Counted from the first letter of the stretch, positions 1-14,139 are shown. The stretch: DNA of 64,000 nucleotides from Octopus bimaculoides (GCF_001194135.2 NC_068985.1:101369515-101433514); one strand, 5' to 3'. Numbers and translations are program-made. Notes: generated by a model from the letters alone, not told the origin.

Positions 1-85
1 ACAGCAAACCACAGCACATACCCAAGGCGCACAGAGCTGCGCTCGGGAGTGAAGTGAAAGCACGTTATAAAAATAAAACTACTGA
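1..85 (+). mobile_element. 3' UTR/terminus of R4/Dong-type non-LTR retrotransposon, followed by (AAT)n
   Basis: acagcaaaccacagcacatacccaaggc..agagctg..ctcgg.agtg.agtgaaagcacgttataaaaataaaactactgaa is nearly identical to the reverse complement of ~55856-55940, which directly follows a recognisable Dong-type ORF C-terminus; AAT repeats follow. Confidence 0.75.
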
Positions 86-362
86 ACAATAATAATAATA
101 ATAAGATTAATAGTAATGAAATTGATAACAAGAAGAAGAGGAGGGGGAGAAGGACGAGGAGGAGAAGGAGGACAACGACGAGAAGGACGAGGATGACGAA
201 GAGGTGGAGGAGGGGGAAGAAGAGGAGGATGAGGAGGTCGAGGACGACGACGACGACGACGAGAAGGAGGAGGAAGAGGAGGAGGAAGTGGAGGAGGAGG
301 AGGAGGAGGAAGAGGAGGAGGAGGAAAAGAAGAAGTAGAAGAAAAAGAAGAAGAAGAAGGAG
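86..362. repeat. Compound trinucleotide microsatellite, AAT then GAA/GAG/GAC purine-rich tract
   Basis: Seen directly; explains the poly-P and poly-S ORFs 79..390 and 107..394. Confidence 0.95.
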
Positions 363-756
363 TATGTGACGCATGCAAACACACCTGCATACACGCTTCT
401 ATAATCTAATTATATTCACCTGCAGTACGTTTGACAATAAGACTTCAGCTGAGAAGGCTTCTATTTTGCTTCTGGAACTTTCTGAAGAATTAAATTGGGA
501 TTATAATAGCACATCAGTCGAAAACAATCTTACCGTCTCATTTCAAAGTTAATATGAGTGCGATTTCGTGATGAACCAGTAAGCCTGAAGGACATTTCGT
601 TATTAACATGCCTGCTCCCTGCACCAAAATATCTACGTACCTGTCTATCTACCTCCCAAGTATGTATGCATGCATTCTATACATGTATGTCTGTTTGCAA
701 ATATGTACGTATATAAATGGACATACAAGCGTATGTACATGTATATCTATATATAT

Positions 757-797
<41 letters not shown>

Positions 798-947
798 NNN
801 NNNNNNNNNNNNNNNNNNNNNNNNNNNNNNNNNNNNNNNNNNNNNNNNNNNNNNNNNNNNNNNNNNNNNNNNNNNNNNNNNNNNNNNNNNNNNNNNNNNN
901 NNNNNNNNNNNNNNNNNNNNNNNNNNNNNNNNNNNNNNNNNNNNNNN

Positions 948-1009
<62 letters not shown>

Positions 1010-2369
1010 GGAGGGAGAGAAGGAGAACTAGAGAGGAAGAGAAAAAGTGAATGAAAGAGAGTGCGAGACGAGGAATATGAATACCAGAAGAGACATTTCA
1101 GAAGGGAAAGCGACTGACGGCATGTTGAATGAAAGAGAAATGGAATGGATGTGTGATTGATGAGATTCCAGGTTTTGGTTTTAACCTTCTTAATGGGGCA
1201 AATACTTGATAATTATACACCGTACGTGTTCTACGCAAATCCCCGAAGCTATGATGGAAATAGAAATTCGACTCTATATTACGGATATGGATTAAGAGAC
1301 TTTGCGTTTCTTCTAACCCTGATTTCATGGGATATTATCAATTGTCGATGACCTCTACGTTAACACTAATGATACTTTTTCATATTCTTCGTTGAATGTA
1401 AAGACGTTTATACAGCGTGTATAATTATTATACCCCGCATCACTAACATATAAATCATTGCTGAAATTAGAGAATGCCTCGTTCGAAGAATCCATGGAAA
1501 TAGGAAACACACAAAAGCATTCAGTGAAATAGTGAGATATAATGTATTTGTTAAAAGTACCATGTGATATTTTGTAGATAAATATATTTTTCAGTTTCCG
1601 TAAGTAATTCGTTTGGTAATTTAATGCTACCCTGTGAAGAAATATGATGAAATTATTGAATAATATACGGAAATAAAAAAAAAAAACATAGATGGAATTG
1701 TATTATAAGTACTTGAAATATTATCTTATGCCCTGTGGAATATATAATGGCAAATGCAAACTTACACGCGCACAGAACCCTTTATACACATGCATTCATG
1801 TATACAAGCACAAACATATGCGCGAACACACTAATGTATGTGAACATGTACATATATAGATATACATATTCATATATCTACATGCATATCAAGCAAGTAT
1901 ACATGCACACACGTGCGCTCACACACATACATACACACATATATGTATACCCTTGTAATAATGACAAAAAAGAGGAACAAGAATGCGTAGAAAATCTGTA
2001 GCAAAAAAAAAACAAAAACTTAACGTTATATTTTTATGTGATGTTAGACGTTCGCTGAACGCGGAAAGATGTTTTATCTATATTGATTTCCAAATTTTGG
2101 TACGTGACCACCAATTTTGTGAAAGGGGATAATTCGATTTCATTGACCAAAGTATTGAACTGCTACTTATTTTATCGAACCCTAATGGATGAAACGCAGT
2201 GTTCACCTAGGCGAAATGTATTTAGAATGAGGGAATGGAAGAAATCAAGATAATTCCAGAAGTGGCTTATAATTCAACGTGGTTTGAGATAACTTCAATT
2301 TACTGCCATCATCATAAACCAAGTTGTTGATTTCCAAAATGCTTATTTATTTTTACTGTAAAATGTATG

Positions 2370-2680
2370 GGGGTCGATACATTAAGTACCAGCTACGCAC
2401 TGGGGTCGATGTAATCGACTTAATCCTTTGTCGATCCTTGTTTGTCCCCTGTATGTTTAGCCCCTCGTGGGCAATAAAGAAATAAGAAACGTTAACACGC
2501 CAGGCGAAATGCTTAGTGGTATTTCGTCTGTCTTTACGTTCTGAGTTCAAATTCCACCGAGGTCGACTTTGCTTTCATCCTTTCGGAGTCGGAAGATAAA
2601 GTATAAGTTGCGTACCGGGGTCGATCTAATCAACCGGACTCCTTCTCTAAAAATTTCGTGCCTTGTGCCTAGAGTAGAAA
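2370..2680 (+). mobile_element. tRNA-derived SINE family A (dimeric), 5'-truncated; left arm of the palindrome
   Basis: Contains gagttcaaattccaccgaggtcgactttgctttcatcctttcgg (B-box-like GTTCAAAT) and ggggtcgatgtaatcgact; the same motifs recur at more than 8 loci in the window. Confidence 0.85.
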
Positions 2681-3379
2681 ACAATATATGTTGTTTCGTT
2701 TATTGTGGAACACTGATCAAGTGTTTGCAAGATTATATAATCTTCCTACAGTTGTTATGTAATTATAACGGTTATTTAATAAAACATGAGAGTGGTCTAT
2801 AAAGTACTCAACATCATAGATTTGTTTGTATATTATACATGCCGCAAAAGCACACACTGAGACACACAGAGATATATGCATATATAAACATGTGTGTGCG
2901 TTTGCGGCATGTATAATATACAAACAAATCTATGATGTTGAGTACTTTATAGACCACTCTCATATTTTATTAAATAACCGTTATAATTACATAACAACTG
3001 TAGGAAGATTATATAATCTTGCAAAAACTTGATCAGTGCTCCACAATAAACGAAACAATATATAGTGTTTTCTACTCTAGGCACAAGGCACGCAATTTTT
3101 AGAGAAGGAGTCCGGTTGATGAGATCGACCCCGTTACGCAACTTGTACTTAATTTACCGACACCGAAAGGATGAAAGCAAAGTCGACCTCGGTGGAATTT
3201 AAACTCAGAACGTAAAGACAGACGAAATACCGCTAAGCATTTCGCCTGGCGTGCTAACGTTTCTTATTTCGTTATTGCCCACAAGGGGCTAAACATATAG
3301 GGGACAAACAAGTATCGACAAACGATTAAGTCGATTACATCGACCCCAGTACGTAACTGGCACTTAATTTATCGACCCC
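2370..3379. repeat. Long inverted duplication, arms ~2370-2848 and ~2899-3379, ~50 bp spacer
   Basis: Arms are reverse complements and include ~170 bp of non-SINE unique sequence (2680-2848 vs 2899-3070, 5 mismatches by eye). Confidence 0.95.
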
Positions 3380-3492
3380 AAAAGGATGAAAGCAAAGTCG
3401 ACCTCGGTGGAATTTGAACTCAGATCGTAAAGACAGACGAAATACCGCTAAGCATTTCACCCGGCGCGCTAACGTTTTTGCCAGCTCGCCCC
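3070..3492 (-). mobile_element. tRNA-derived SINE family A, complete dimeric copy
   Basis: Two tandem units of aaaggatgaaagcaaagtcgacctcggtggaattt.aactcaga; head gg.gagctggcaaaaacgttagc at ~3470-3492 on the minus strand. Confidence 0.85.
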
Positions 3493-4559
3493 CTTACGAA
3501 ACAACAAAACAACAGACATTGAACATTCAATGTAATTATGGTTTTCCCGTTATGCAAAATATTGAATGTCTAGCACCACGCAACGTTGCATGCCACAAAA
3601 ATATATATATAAACAGCAACAACAAAAAACACCAACGAAAATATCGATAGCAGAAAGGTATTAACTGCTAGCGTTTTCGATTACAGTTTTAATATTTCAA
3701 ACGTGACTGGGAAACCGTTATCAGACCAACAGAAAACAGAAATAAAAAAAGTAAACATATATACACACATACACATGTACATATATATATGGAATCATAC
3801 ATAAATATATATATAAATTAATATGTGGGAGTGTGTGAGTGTCTATTTCTACACACACACATCCGCTTATACGTTTATGTATTTGTTTTGAAAGATTCCT
3901 GATGTCAATTCCTCTGCATTGTTACATTTCGGGGCGGCAATATTTTGTTGCCAGAAATTTCATTGATCTTTAAATAAGTACTCTATATTCGCTTTTCACT
4001 TGTTTATCATTATTTTGACTTTGTATTCATTGCCTGGAAATCTTTTGACACACACCTGTGATTACGTCAGAGACTCTCCATCACAAGTGTCTCGTCCTGT
4101 TCTCTTTAGTCTATTCCCGGAGAATACATAAATTCATCTATACATGTCGGTACCCATAACTATTTGCATGCATAACAAAATATATAACAGTATTTCATAA
4201 CGATGTTTTCTGTGAATGTTTAATTGATATTTCAATATTAGCCATGAAACTTGGAAATCGTTCGATAATATATATCGTGTTCAATTCAACATATTGTTGT
4301 TGCCCGCACTATTGGGCGTATGTTGCAGTGATTCTAACATGTTGCTTCACACTCTGTTCATTAAACAAAGCACATATATCTCTATTATCGATTAAATGTT
4401 GTTCATTTTCCCTCCGTAAGTTTTTCAACACTAGATGAATGAATTTGATCAATTGAAATATCTTGCATTCTGCTATCACGTATTCAAGTATTCAGTCATT
4501 CTGTCTCCCTTCCTTTCCCAATATCTCTCTTTCTTTTTCTCTTGTCCTTCTCTTTCCCT

Positions 4560-4700
4560 CAGGCTCATGTGTGCCATTTCCAGGTTTCAATGACGTATAT
4601 GTTCCCCACTTGGACGGGACGCCGGTGTTTCACAGCCGCGTAAACTGGTGCAGTGAAAAGGGAAGTGTTTCGGTTAAGAACACGACGCAACGCACGGTCC
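4560..4700 (-). mobile_element. Degenerate SINE (family C)
   Basis: gtaaactggtgcagtgaaaagggaagtgtttcggttaagaacacgacgca resembles the reverse complement of the body of the 38128 SINE; recognised from memory. Confidence 0.45.
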
Positions 4701-5981
4701 ACTTACTGTGCATAGTCTTGTAACTATCTTAAACTATAACAAAGAACTTTCTTCACTGGGACGAAAGAAAATAAAGAACGGTTTGAGAGAAATATGATAT
4801 ATTCGGCAGGCGTTCCAAGTTTGTTGCGGTAAACGTTTAACCTGGTGGCAGAATTAGAAATGGATAATGAGTGAGATAAAGAGAAGAAGGGGATGATTGG
4901 GGAAAATAACATCAATACTGGAGATATCAAGGCAACCTCCTCATTGAACTTTAATTCTGATCTGCTTACTAGGAATAGGTTATGAAGTAACAAAACGACA
5001 AAGTGCACTGTCTTTGGGTCTGAAATGAGAAAAAATCGGTCTGTGAAAACATATAATATTTGTCACCCAGACAACATAAGCTGAAAATAGAAATAACGCA
5101 AGGAACAATAATTAGAATCTCATTGAAATATAGGTATATATATATGTGTTTCGCTCAAAACGCCAGAAAGGGAATTCAGCTGTCTATTTGATTTGAGGAT
5201 TATGAGTATAATAAAGATTTATTTAATACTAGAGTATAGTATATTTGATACTAGTGAATAGTTTGCGTGTGCCGCTTAAATTAATACTATTGTACACATA
5301 TTCTCCAATGATACGGAGTTAGATTGATAGTTCGTGTAAAAGGAAAAAAACAAATACCTGATAATAAGGAGTTATAGATTCTAGATAATAGTCAGCATTA
5401 CACTATGTGGAGTTTCTATATTTGTTCGTTTTATAGATATATGTATATATATATATATATATATNNNNNNNNNNNNNNNNNNNNNNNNNNNNNNNNNNNN
5501 NNNNNNNNNNNNNNNNNNNNNNNNNNNNNNNNNNNNNNNNNNNNNNNNNNNNNNNNNNNNNNNNNNNNNNNNNNNNNNNNNNNNNNNNNNNNNNNNNNNN
5601 NNNNNNNNNNNNNNNNNNNNNNNNNNNNNNNNNNNNNNNNNNNNNNNNNNNNNNNNNNNNNNNNNNNNNNNNNNNNNNNNNNNNNNNNNNNNNNNNNNNN
5701 NNNNNNNNNNNNNNNNNNNNNNNNNNNNNNNNNNNNNNNNNNNNNNNNNNNNNNNNNNNNNNNNNNNNNNNNNNNNNNNNNNNNNNNNNNNNNNNNNNNN
5801 NNNNNNNNNNNNNNNNNNNNNNNNNNNNNNNNNNNNNNNNNNNNNNNNNNNNNNNNNNNNNNNNNNNNNNNNNNNNNNNNNNNNNNNNNNNNNNNNNNNN
5901 NNNNNNNNNNNNNNNNNNNNNNNNNNNNNNNNNNNNNNNNNNNNNNNNNNNNNNNNNNNNNNNNNNNNNNNAGGTAGGTAT

Positions 5982-6034
<53 letters not shown>

Positions 6035-6964
6035 CAGATAGATAATGCTATACTCACTCTATACAAACGTAACATCTAATATGCAAATGTTTGCACATAA
6101 TGCTTTTGGGTATACCTGTATAACTATATCAATACAGAAATTCAGAAACTCTGTTCACAAGCGTGGATTCTATATATGAAGGAATACGCTTGAATGAAAA
6201 TAAAATATTAACAAAACTAACATCAATAGTAGAACTATGCATTTATGTGAAGCTGTGGTGATCTGAGAGTGCTATTTTACAGTTTCTAACATGTGTTTTG
6301 AAGAATAAGCATTTGTTTGATCTGATAGCAGTTGTAAATATATGAGACCAAATCAATTGACCTTCGCCTTTCAAGCTACTCACTCTACTGCCGAGAATGC
6401 AATAAAATAAATACAAAAAGTTCCCATAATATACGTAAACCATGAGATATCTATCAAGTGGAGTGTTGGAAAATTTAATGGATTGCTGACGTCTGAGAAT
6501 ATCAAAAATAATATATTCCATACACTGTATATATACTCGAAAATATATATCATTAAACAGCGTAGAAATGTAACAAATACAAAATAACATATTGCTTAGA
6601 ATTTCTCGTTTCCTTAGCCCACAGTATATCTCTATTTATATCGTTGTATTTGCCTCTATTCCACATTCTCTCTCTTTTCGTTTATATAGTTCTACTACTA
6701 ATAGTATTAGATGTTTTGTATTTGTTTTCGTTATTGATACTACTACTGCTGTTATTACTGCTATTATTCATATGGCTGACATCACCAGCATTAACATCGT
6801 CTTCGAGATCAGACAACGTACACTGCTTGAAAGTGGTCTAGTATCTTGATATAATGGACGCATAAACCTAATTAAGTGTAAACTCTAATATATATGTGTG
6901 TCCCAAATGACTTCCACATGTCTTCTAGGGAACGAGATATGCAGTTTAAAGTTCAATGCAATAT

Positions 6965-7153
6965 TGGTTTCAGAATTTGTGACAAGGCCAGCAATTTCAG
7001 GGAAGGTGTAATCAACTGAAACTTATTTTATCGACCTCGTATGGATGGAAGCAAAGTCAACCTCGGTGACATTTGAACTCAACACGTAAAGACGGACTAA
7101 GTGCCGCTAAGCTTTGTGCACCGCGTGCTAACGATCCTGCTAGCTCGACGCCT
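6965..7153 (-). mobile_element. SINE family A, diverged
   Basis: ttatcgacctcgtatggatggaagcaaagtcaacctcggtgacatttgaactcaac..gtaaagacggac..ccgctaagc matches the 3070-3492 unit. Confidence 0.8.
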
Positions 7154-8376
7154 TAAGCTTTAATCCAATATTAATGACGATATTAGTCTCCGCTCCTCAT
7201 GTATAGTATTAATCTAGTCATTATACAATATTACTAATCCCACCATATTAAGTATGCCGAGATAAACATAATATACTAAATATTACAGCTATGAAAATTA
7301 GTAGAAACTTAATTCTATGTTCCTATTAAAATAAAACAAAAAGTACTGTGTTTACGGAACGTTGTTCATATACGAAGGGATATAGGAAACGTTTTAGAAA
7401 TCGATATCAACGGATACATTCAATCATAACCTGGCAATAACAAAAATAGAGTCTGCAGTAGAGCTATCTTTTCTCTTCTCGACAGAAATTTCCTCCACGA
7501 ATATTGTAAAATATTGGATCGAATTACCTATCTGAATGTCCTTCATATAGTAGAATCGAAAAATTGTCATGTGTTTCCATAAAAATGAATACATATATTA
7601 GTATCGGACCAAATGATAACATAAATAATGTTGTCAAATAAACGATTATAATTACCCAAAATTATTGGTACATGTACCTGAAGAAAGGTGTTGAATACCA
7701 ATGCAGTGTCCCCATAAGATACCCAAGTAACAAATTACATATATATATAATGTTTGCCAGAGAATGGAAGCATCTTGGTTCAGTTGAACAACTATCCAAG
7801 GAAAGCACAACGTAATCACTATAGTAACACTGGCGCTTGAATGAAAATAATATAGAACATCAATCACCAGCAGAATACTGAAATTAATGACACACTCTAT
7901 CGATTCATCTCTACTTTTCTTCATAGACTAAGCGTCCAAAATGCACATGGAAAATTCAGAGCTTGCAAGAACTATATTTAACACAGTTTCGAGGATCATA
8001 GAGCGTCTGAAGTTACAGGAGGATAGCATGAACTGAAAACAGGCAATGTATACATTGTATATTATTAAACACTAGACAGCTTTTCACTGATATCTGTTAC
8101 CAATACCAATAATTCAAAAGAGAAATGAAATGTATCCATGTTTAGCACAAACCACTATTGTGAGGGTACTCGTAGGTAAAATTAATCATATTATTCAAAT
8201 CATGTCAAGATGTAACAGAACAAAAGGAAATGTATACCGTTATGAATCATAATATCAATCCTATTATCAATCATATTCCATTACTGTTTCTTTTATATAT
8301 ATTACAAATATTGACATTATCACTATCGTTATATGTGCTATAACCATTTATTTCTCTGATATTAAAAGGGTCTATC

Positions 8377-8378
<2 letters not shown>

Positions 8379-8427
<49 letters not shown>

Positions 8428-8445
8428 CGTTACATTAATAATATC

Positions 8446-8523
<78 letters not shown>
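8379..8523. repeat. (AAT)n array switching to (ATT)n
   Basis: Seen directly; strand switch at ~8484. Confidence 0.95.
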
Positions 8524-8524
<1 letters not shown>

Positions 8525-8781
8525 GAATTACTAATAGTAATAATAATAATTCTGTTTCTGTTCTTTCCTCCGTCTTTCTTCCCATCTTTTATTACATCAA
8601 TTTGTAAATGAACCATCTGTGTTTGTTTTAATGACCTACCAATGTATACAGCGAGTTTCTTTCCCCTAGGTGTTGGGAAGACACTTGTCAAGAAATGTAT
8701 ACAAAACTAAAAGAGGATAACAATAATAAGAATAGCAATAATAATAAAAGTAATGACAATAATAATAATAATAATAACAAT

Positions 8782-9010
8782 ATTCACATTGGAAAATATG
8801 AACACACCAGAAAATCGGTCCTCCTACTTATTGATATGAACTTCATCCTGAGCCAGTCGTTGAGGGTAAAAATGCCACTATCATCTGGGATTTTCCAGTC
8901 AACACTGACAAAACGATCCGGGTTATTCGACCAGGCATAGTCATTAAAGTCTAACACCACAATATTTGCAGACCAATAGATGTTAGTGTGCCCACCGATG
9001 AAAATATCTG
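8782..9010 (+). mobile_element. R4/Dong-type retrotransposon fragment, restriction-like endonuclease region
   Basis: Translation YELHPEPVVEGKNATIIWDFPVNTDKTIRVIRPGIVIKV*HHNICRPIDVSVPTDENI matches the W..H.P..V.E....I.WD..+.TD....NRPD+V...C..ID+S+P motif of RLE-type non-LTR elements; AAT-type repeats lie immediately 5'. Confidence 0.8.
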
Positions 9011-10519
9011 TAAAGGATACTTAACAGTATCCACTAGTCATATAGTGGAGACAAATTAATGATGCAATATATTAACAGCCCGTACTTACAAATGTGGATA
9101 TTACTAACGATGTTTAAACCTCTTGTGTATTTGTTAGCCACAGTTTATCTAATTTTTCAGTGTGCCGAATCTATTTTGTTTCTTCAAGATCATGCTTGCG
9201 TTTGAAATTTATTGAAGTCGTCGAAAGACTGTGCTAATGAATTTCAATTTATTCACTTTCAAAAAGTTTTTTTAATTACTCATTTGAGACGTGTTTTATT
9301 GGTGTAATTTGATAATTTCTACACATGTACTTTATCCAACCATTGCAAAGAATCAAAACTGCCTGCTGCAGTTTGTAACTTCCATTTTATATCACATAAA
9401 TCTTAGTCATTTCTAAGCATTTTTTCGAGAACATACTCATCTTTGAATTTCCGATTACTACTGGATGTGTTGCTTGATGGTACGTTCTCAATGATAACCT
9501 GTAATAATTACGTATTGATAATAATAATAACAATGAAAAACCCTTTGCCTATATGACTGAAGATATAAGAAGTCATATCGAACGTGCAGAAACGTTATAT
9601 TCAAATACTTCCATAACCATCAGCTTGACATACATAATGATTAAATATATACCCTTTCTTGAAAATGAACATTACACACACTCGTTTGTTATTACACGCA
9701 CTCGTTTGTCTTACGCATTCGATGTCCAGTGCATAATAAAACGCTATTTCAATGATTCTGCGGGCTCGTTTATTTTCAACTTGGAAAGTCTTCACTATCA
9801 TAGGATTTTGTGAATCACCTTAATTTCAGTGTTTGTTAACAATGTTAATTACTCTACGGTCTCAACCTGCTATCAAATAAAAATTTCAGCATAAGTTTTC
9901 ATCTCAATCTGTTAGATTATATTTTCAGAGAAAATACTATATATTAGTATATAGCTTTAAAAAGGAAGTTCGAATAAATAGGAACCACTACTTTGAAGAT
10001 ACTCGTAATTGATTCCTCATAATATATTTTATTATATTCATGAACCGTGTCAAGTCGAAAACATACATACGAAAATGATGAAAAATCACAGCATATGAAA
10101 TAAGTTTTTATCAACGATTTGCAAATAGGATAAATGTATAACGATGAGCTATGAATAGAAGCATGAAAGAATATGGATTAGTGTTTGCGTTGTTGCTTTC
10201 ACGATTACCAGATCTTGAACCCGATTTCCGGACCAGGCGATAGATTGTGCTCTTGGGTAAAACTCTTCATATGCCGTTGCTCTCCGATCACACCGTTCGT
10301 CTGTAGAGGCAATGTCAATTTGAAGCACGAATATATTACCACTATAAACAACTCATCCGTGCTTTTTGTCCCGCAGGCATTGCACAATCGTCTTTATCGA
10401 ACTCATGTTACTACACAGTAGTTGTCGTGTGAAGCTAGGATCCTAGGTATAAACAATTTTCCATATATACCACAGGAGTCATTGAAAAGGTGTTTGCACA
10501 ATCCACTGTAAACACAATA

Positions 10520-11600
10520 TAAAGTAGTGATCCTTCGCTTATTTTTATACAAATGCAACAATATCATAAACAGCAGCAGGGATATTTGAAAAAGTAAAAA
10601 TACCGAATATGTGAAAATATTCATGGATACTTCATGAAATCATTAACAGAAAACGTAAGATAAATACTACAGAAATATAACATAACAAAAATAGCATATC
10701 AAAACATACCGGAAGCAACAGATTCCACTTCAGTAGCATAGGCTCTTTGAAGATATCAAACAGCTCTACTCCAACACCAACGTTTTTATAAAGAACCACT
10801 TCATATACATTAGAAATAAATGTTATAAAGAGAAGTAGTGAAGGAGACAATAATGAGTAGTGGTATGGAAAGAATATGAATTACTACGAAAGATTTGGTT
10901 CAAGACACAAATATTGAATAAACATAGAAGATCATGACTACACAAGGTCAACCGAAAACATAACAATGTAATATTTCCAAGGTAACATGTCATTGAAAAT
11001 TCAATATTTGTGGTTGGATCATTTCAGGTATGAATAAAATGCTTGCTATAAAGTTTAAGGAGATAGTGATGGAAGCGTTTACTATACGAATGTGTTTTTG
11101 AAGAAGTTTCAATTTCGAAAACTTCTAAGTCAATAAACAGAACAACATGCAGAAATATAATCTACGGTAATAAACACACGCCACGTTAACTCTTAATAAA
11201 ATCATCAACACTAACCATGTGGAAAAAGCAAATTTATATAACTGATGAGACAATGTATAATTTAAGTTTCTAGGCAGCGAAAGAAGCAAATGTGAACACC
11301 AAGGATTGATTTGCAGTGAGTGTTCTTATATATTCTTAATGGAACATGTTGAATAAATTAAACAATACGTCAAATATATCCAACGTTACCAAGACAGGAT
11401 TCTGATCATGGGCACGCAATAACTACAATGAGGGTATATTTTTCAAACCACTTTTATTAGTTGCACTCAAACATTTGATCAGCATTTTGAATATGACTAA
11501 ATTCTGATACCCGCTATGCATACATAGCGACGCATCAAGTGATACGCTGCAGATAAATTATAGCAATACTGCATGGACTTAATCGACATATTTATATGAC
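10520..11600 (+). mobile_element. Highly decayed CR1/L2(Crack)-like LINE remnant
   Basis: Frame-broken peptides YSWILHEIINRKRKINTTEI..SNRFHFSSIG (cf. W.++.E++NRK...N.FN.+FSSIG linker between APE and RT) and QHFEYD*ILIP (cf. HLEY...W.P). Confidence 0.4.
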
Positions 11601-14071
11601 TATTGGACTTACAAAGTAAACAAAATCATGTAGGGAAGAGATTAATAACGGCAATACTGTTATGATGGGCAGTCAAAGAGAGAAGTACGTACAAAGTCAC
11701 ATGAATATTTGAAATATGTTACAAGCCAAATGTGTTTAAAAAAGCAAGTTAGGGCGCTTAAAGATGTAATTACAAACTGCAGCCACAAAAAGATCTTTAT
11801 ATATAAAATTATTAAAGACTTACCATGCACAAAAAATGGTCAAACAATATTCTTGGTAAGATAAGAAAACGCAACTAACTGAACCACATAATGCAGTCAT
11901 GTCAGTTTAGTTATTCTGAAAGTGATATTGCCTATTTGGCGATTGCTTGTAAGGTGGGACATAATCTGTGAGAAGTTTGTCTCCCATTGTGCATATACTA
12001 CTAAGGAATTTTTTCGTAATTATTTTCGATTATTTACAATTCCAGCTGCATATATTTCGTAAACTACAAATTGTTGTCTTCATCTTTCTTTTAAATTTTT
12101 CAGACCTCGCAATAGACCCGCCCTAAATTCGCTGCAGATTAAAACAGGCATGGATCTAAAATGGTCTCAAAGGGGTTCGTCGTATTTTTACATGTATATG
12201 TTGTGTTCTATTTGAAGTAAATTATCTTTCTCCATCCGGTTATTTTACTATCCAACCTATTTTAGCAACGTCTTCAGACTCCGTTTCATAGTAATTAAGC
12301 AAACGATTTCTAAGTGGTAAACTATATTTTTTCCTTTGCCATTTCTTCAATGCAATCGTAGACCAGGTAGGCGTTGTCTAAGGCGTTAAAACTTGAATGT
12401 GTAATACTACTTGAGTTTTTATTTCGAGTTGCAGAGTTTTATTTCGAGTAACTGATCCAATGATCAGCATGTTTTACATTGTCATTACTTTGCGTCCGTT
12501 GCTAAAAAATTCCATATTTTAAAATCTTCCATCTAAATTGTATACGTGGTATTTTCCTGTGCAATTTCCATGATATTTTTCTTTTTTTTAAACTAACTAA
12601 ACATTGTAATATGCGAAATAGTGGACTGATTATACGTTGCAACAGCTATTTTAATTCTTGTCCACCTACTCACTTAGAGCCTAAGATTATTACGTGCAAG
12701 TAAATTGTAGCTGTAAATGTGTATGAGCAAAGCATTCTAGACGCGGACAGGTTATTACCATACTGTGATGCAATACAAGGCCCTAACAATTTGGATGGAC
12801 ATACATAGGTGGCCTTACATTGTAGTGGTTAAAACGTATTACATTTTAGTAATGCTTTTATGTATAGCAGTTCATTGCAAAACAAAACGAAAATTAATAA
12901 AACTAATTAGAATTACAACGGTTTTTCGAGCCAACAACAATTGCCTGGTTGAACCAACGAGGAGAAGACGAATAAAGAAATACTGCAAAGTGGAAAATAA
13001 TTATGGAAAATTAGAATATAATAGATAATGAAACAGCGATTACGAGATTACACCAATTCACATTTACAAACATTTAGTATTGCACTGGTTAAAATACACA
13101 CAAAAGTAATTACATATTTAGGAAAGCAAAATATAAGTTCTCTTAGATTAATACATAAAACAGAAAAGATTATTGCGAGCGAACAAAACATTAAGTAATC
13201 TAATTAAAATTCATTCTAATAATATTCATCATTCTACTCTCATTTCATTCATGTACATATCATTTCATCAGAAGTGGAAATAATGATTAAGTATAAGCAA
13301 TAAAGAGATAAGGCATTAGTAAGTGGAACAACGTACAAGTTATGTGGGCAAATTGTCTTTATTAAAATATGTATGAGGGATATGTGCCTCTGTGGGCTTG
13401 TGTATTTGTGCGCGGCGCATATGTGTGTGCCTTAATATGTTTGCGTATCAAATTTTAACTTTTATAATGTTAGTACTCCCACTCTATCAATAAAATGAGA
13501 ACTGATGTCTTACATTTACATCTAATGTATAAGCGTCATGTATATTATATATGTACAATGTTGTACATACTTAAGCAACATGTAACCATTATGAAATATT
13601 TTACTTTCTCAAGAGTAGATAATGTGTCAGAAATATAGTTTCAACGAAGCTTTAACGTATTTAGATTTCTACCTATTTAGATATGACAAATGTAGTACTT
13701 ATTCACGTGAAATGTAGAGGAATTGCCAATGTACGCCAAAGAAATTTTATACAGTTTTCACTTATCCACCGAACCGAATAAGCAAAAATATGGGAGTCCC
13801 TAACTGGCGCAAATCCGAGAAGGATGACAGAATTAAGAAAACAGCCCTCGATGTTTAATAATCAGTTGTTGATAGGAAAGATATACACGGACGTTCCGAT
13901 TGTTATTTCACATACCATCGTTCTATAAAACATACATAGACGGACACACGCACAAGGATACACATAGACAGGGGGACACACATACAGGCACATGTATGAG
14001 AGGAATGATTGCCATGATGAGACATAATAAAGCTTTATCCTCATTAATGATATATATATATATATATATAT

Positions 14072-14139
<68 letters not shown>

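Noticed and set aside
1098-1351. Overlapping ORFs; weak resemblance to a CR1 C-terminus (minus, PKPGISS) or a PIF1 Walker B (plus, CVIDEI..GYYQL)
   Set aside because: The two readings are incompatible and neither has enough motif support; left unassigned.
2490-2570. tRNA-like A/B box sequences in SINE heads (also 38128, 46120, 48785)
   Set aside because: No complete cloverleaf; embedded in multi-copy SINE bodies, so not tRNA genes.
6592-6849. ORFs on both strands, including minus TTFKQCTLSDLEDDVNAGDVSHMNNSSNNSSSS
   Set aside because: Openness is explained by a degenerate AAT/AGT repeat, and the splice acceptor is weak.
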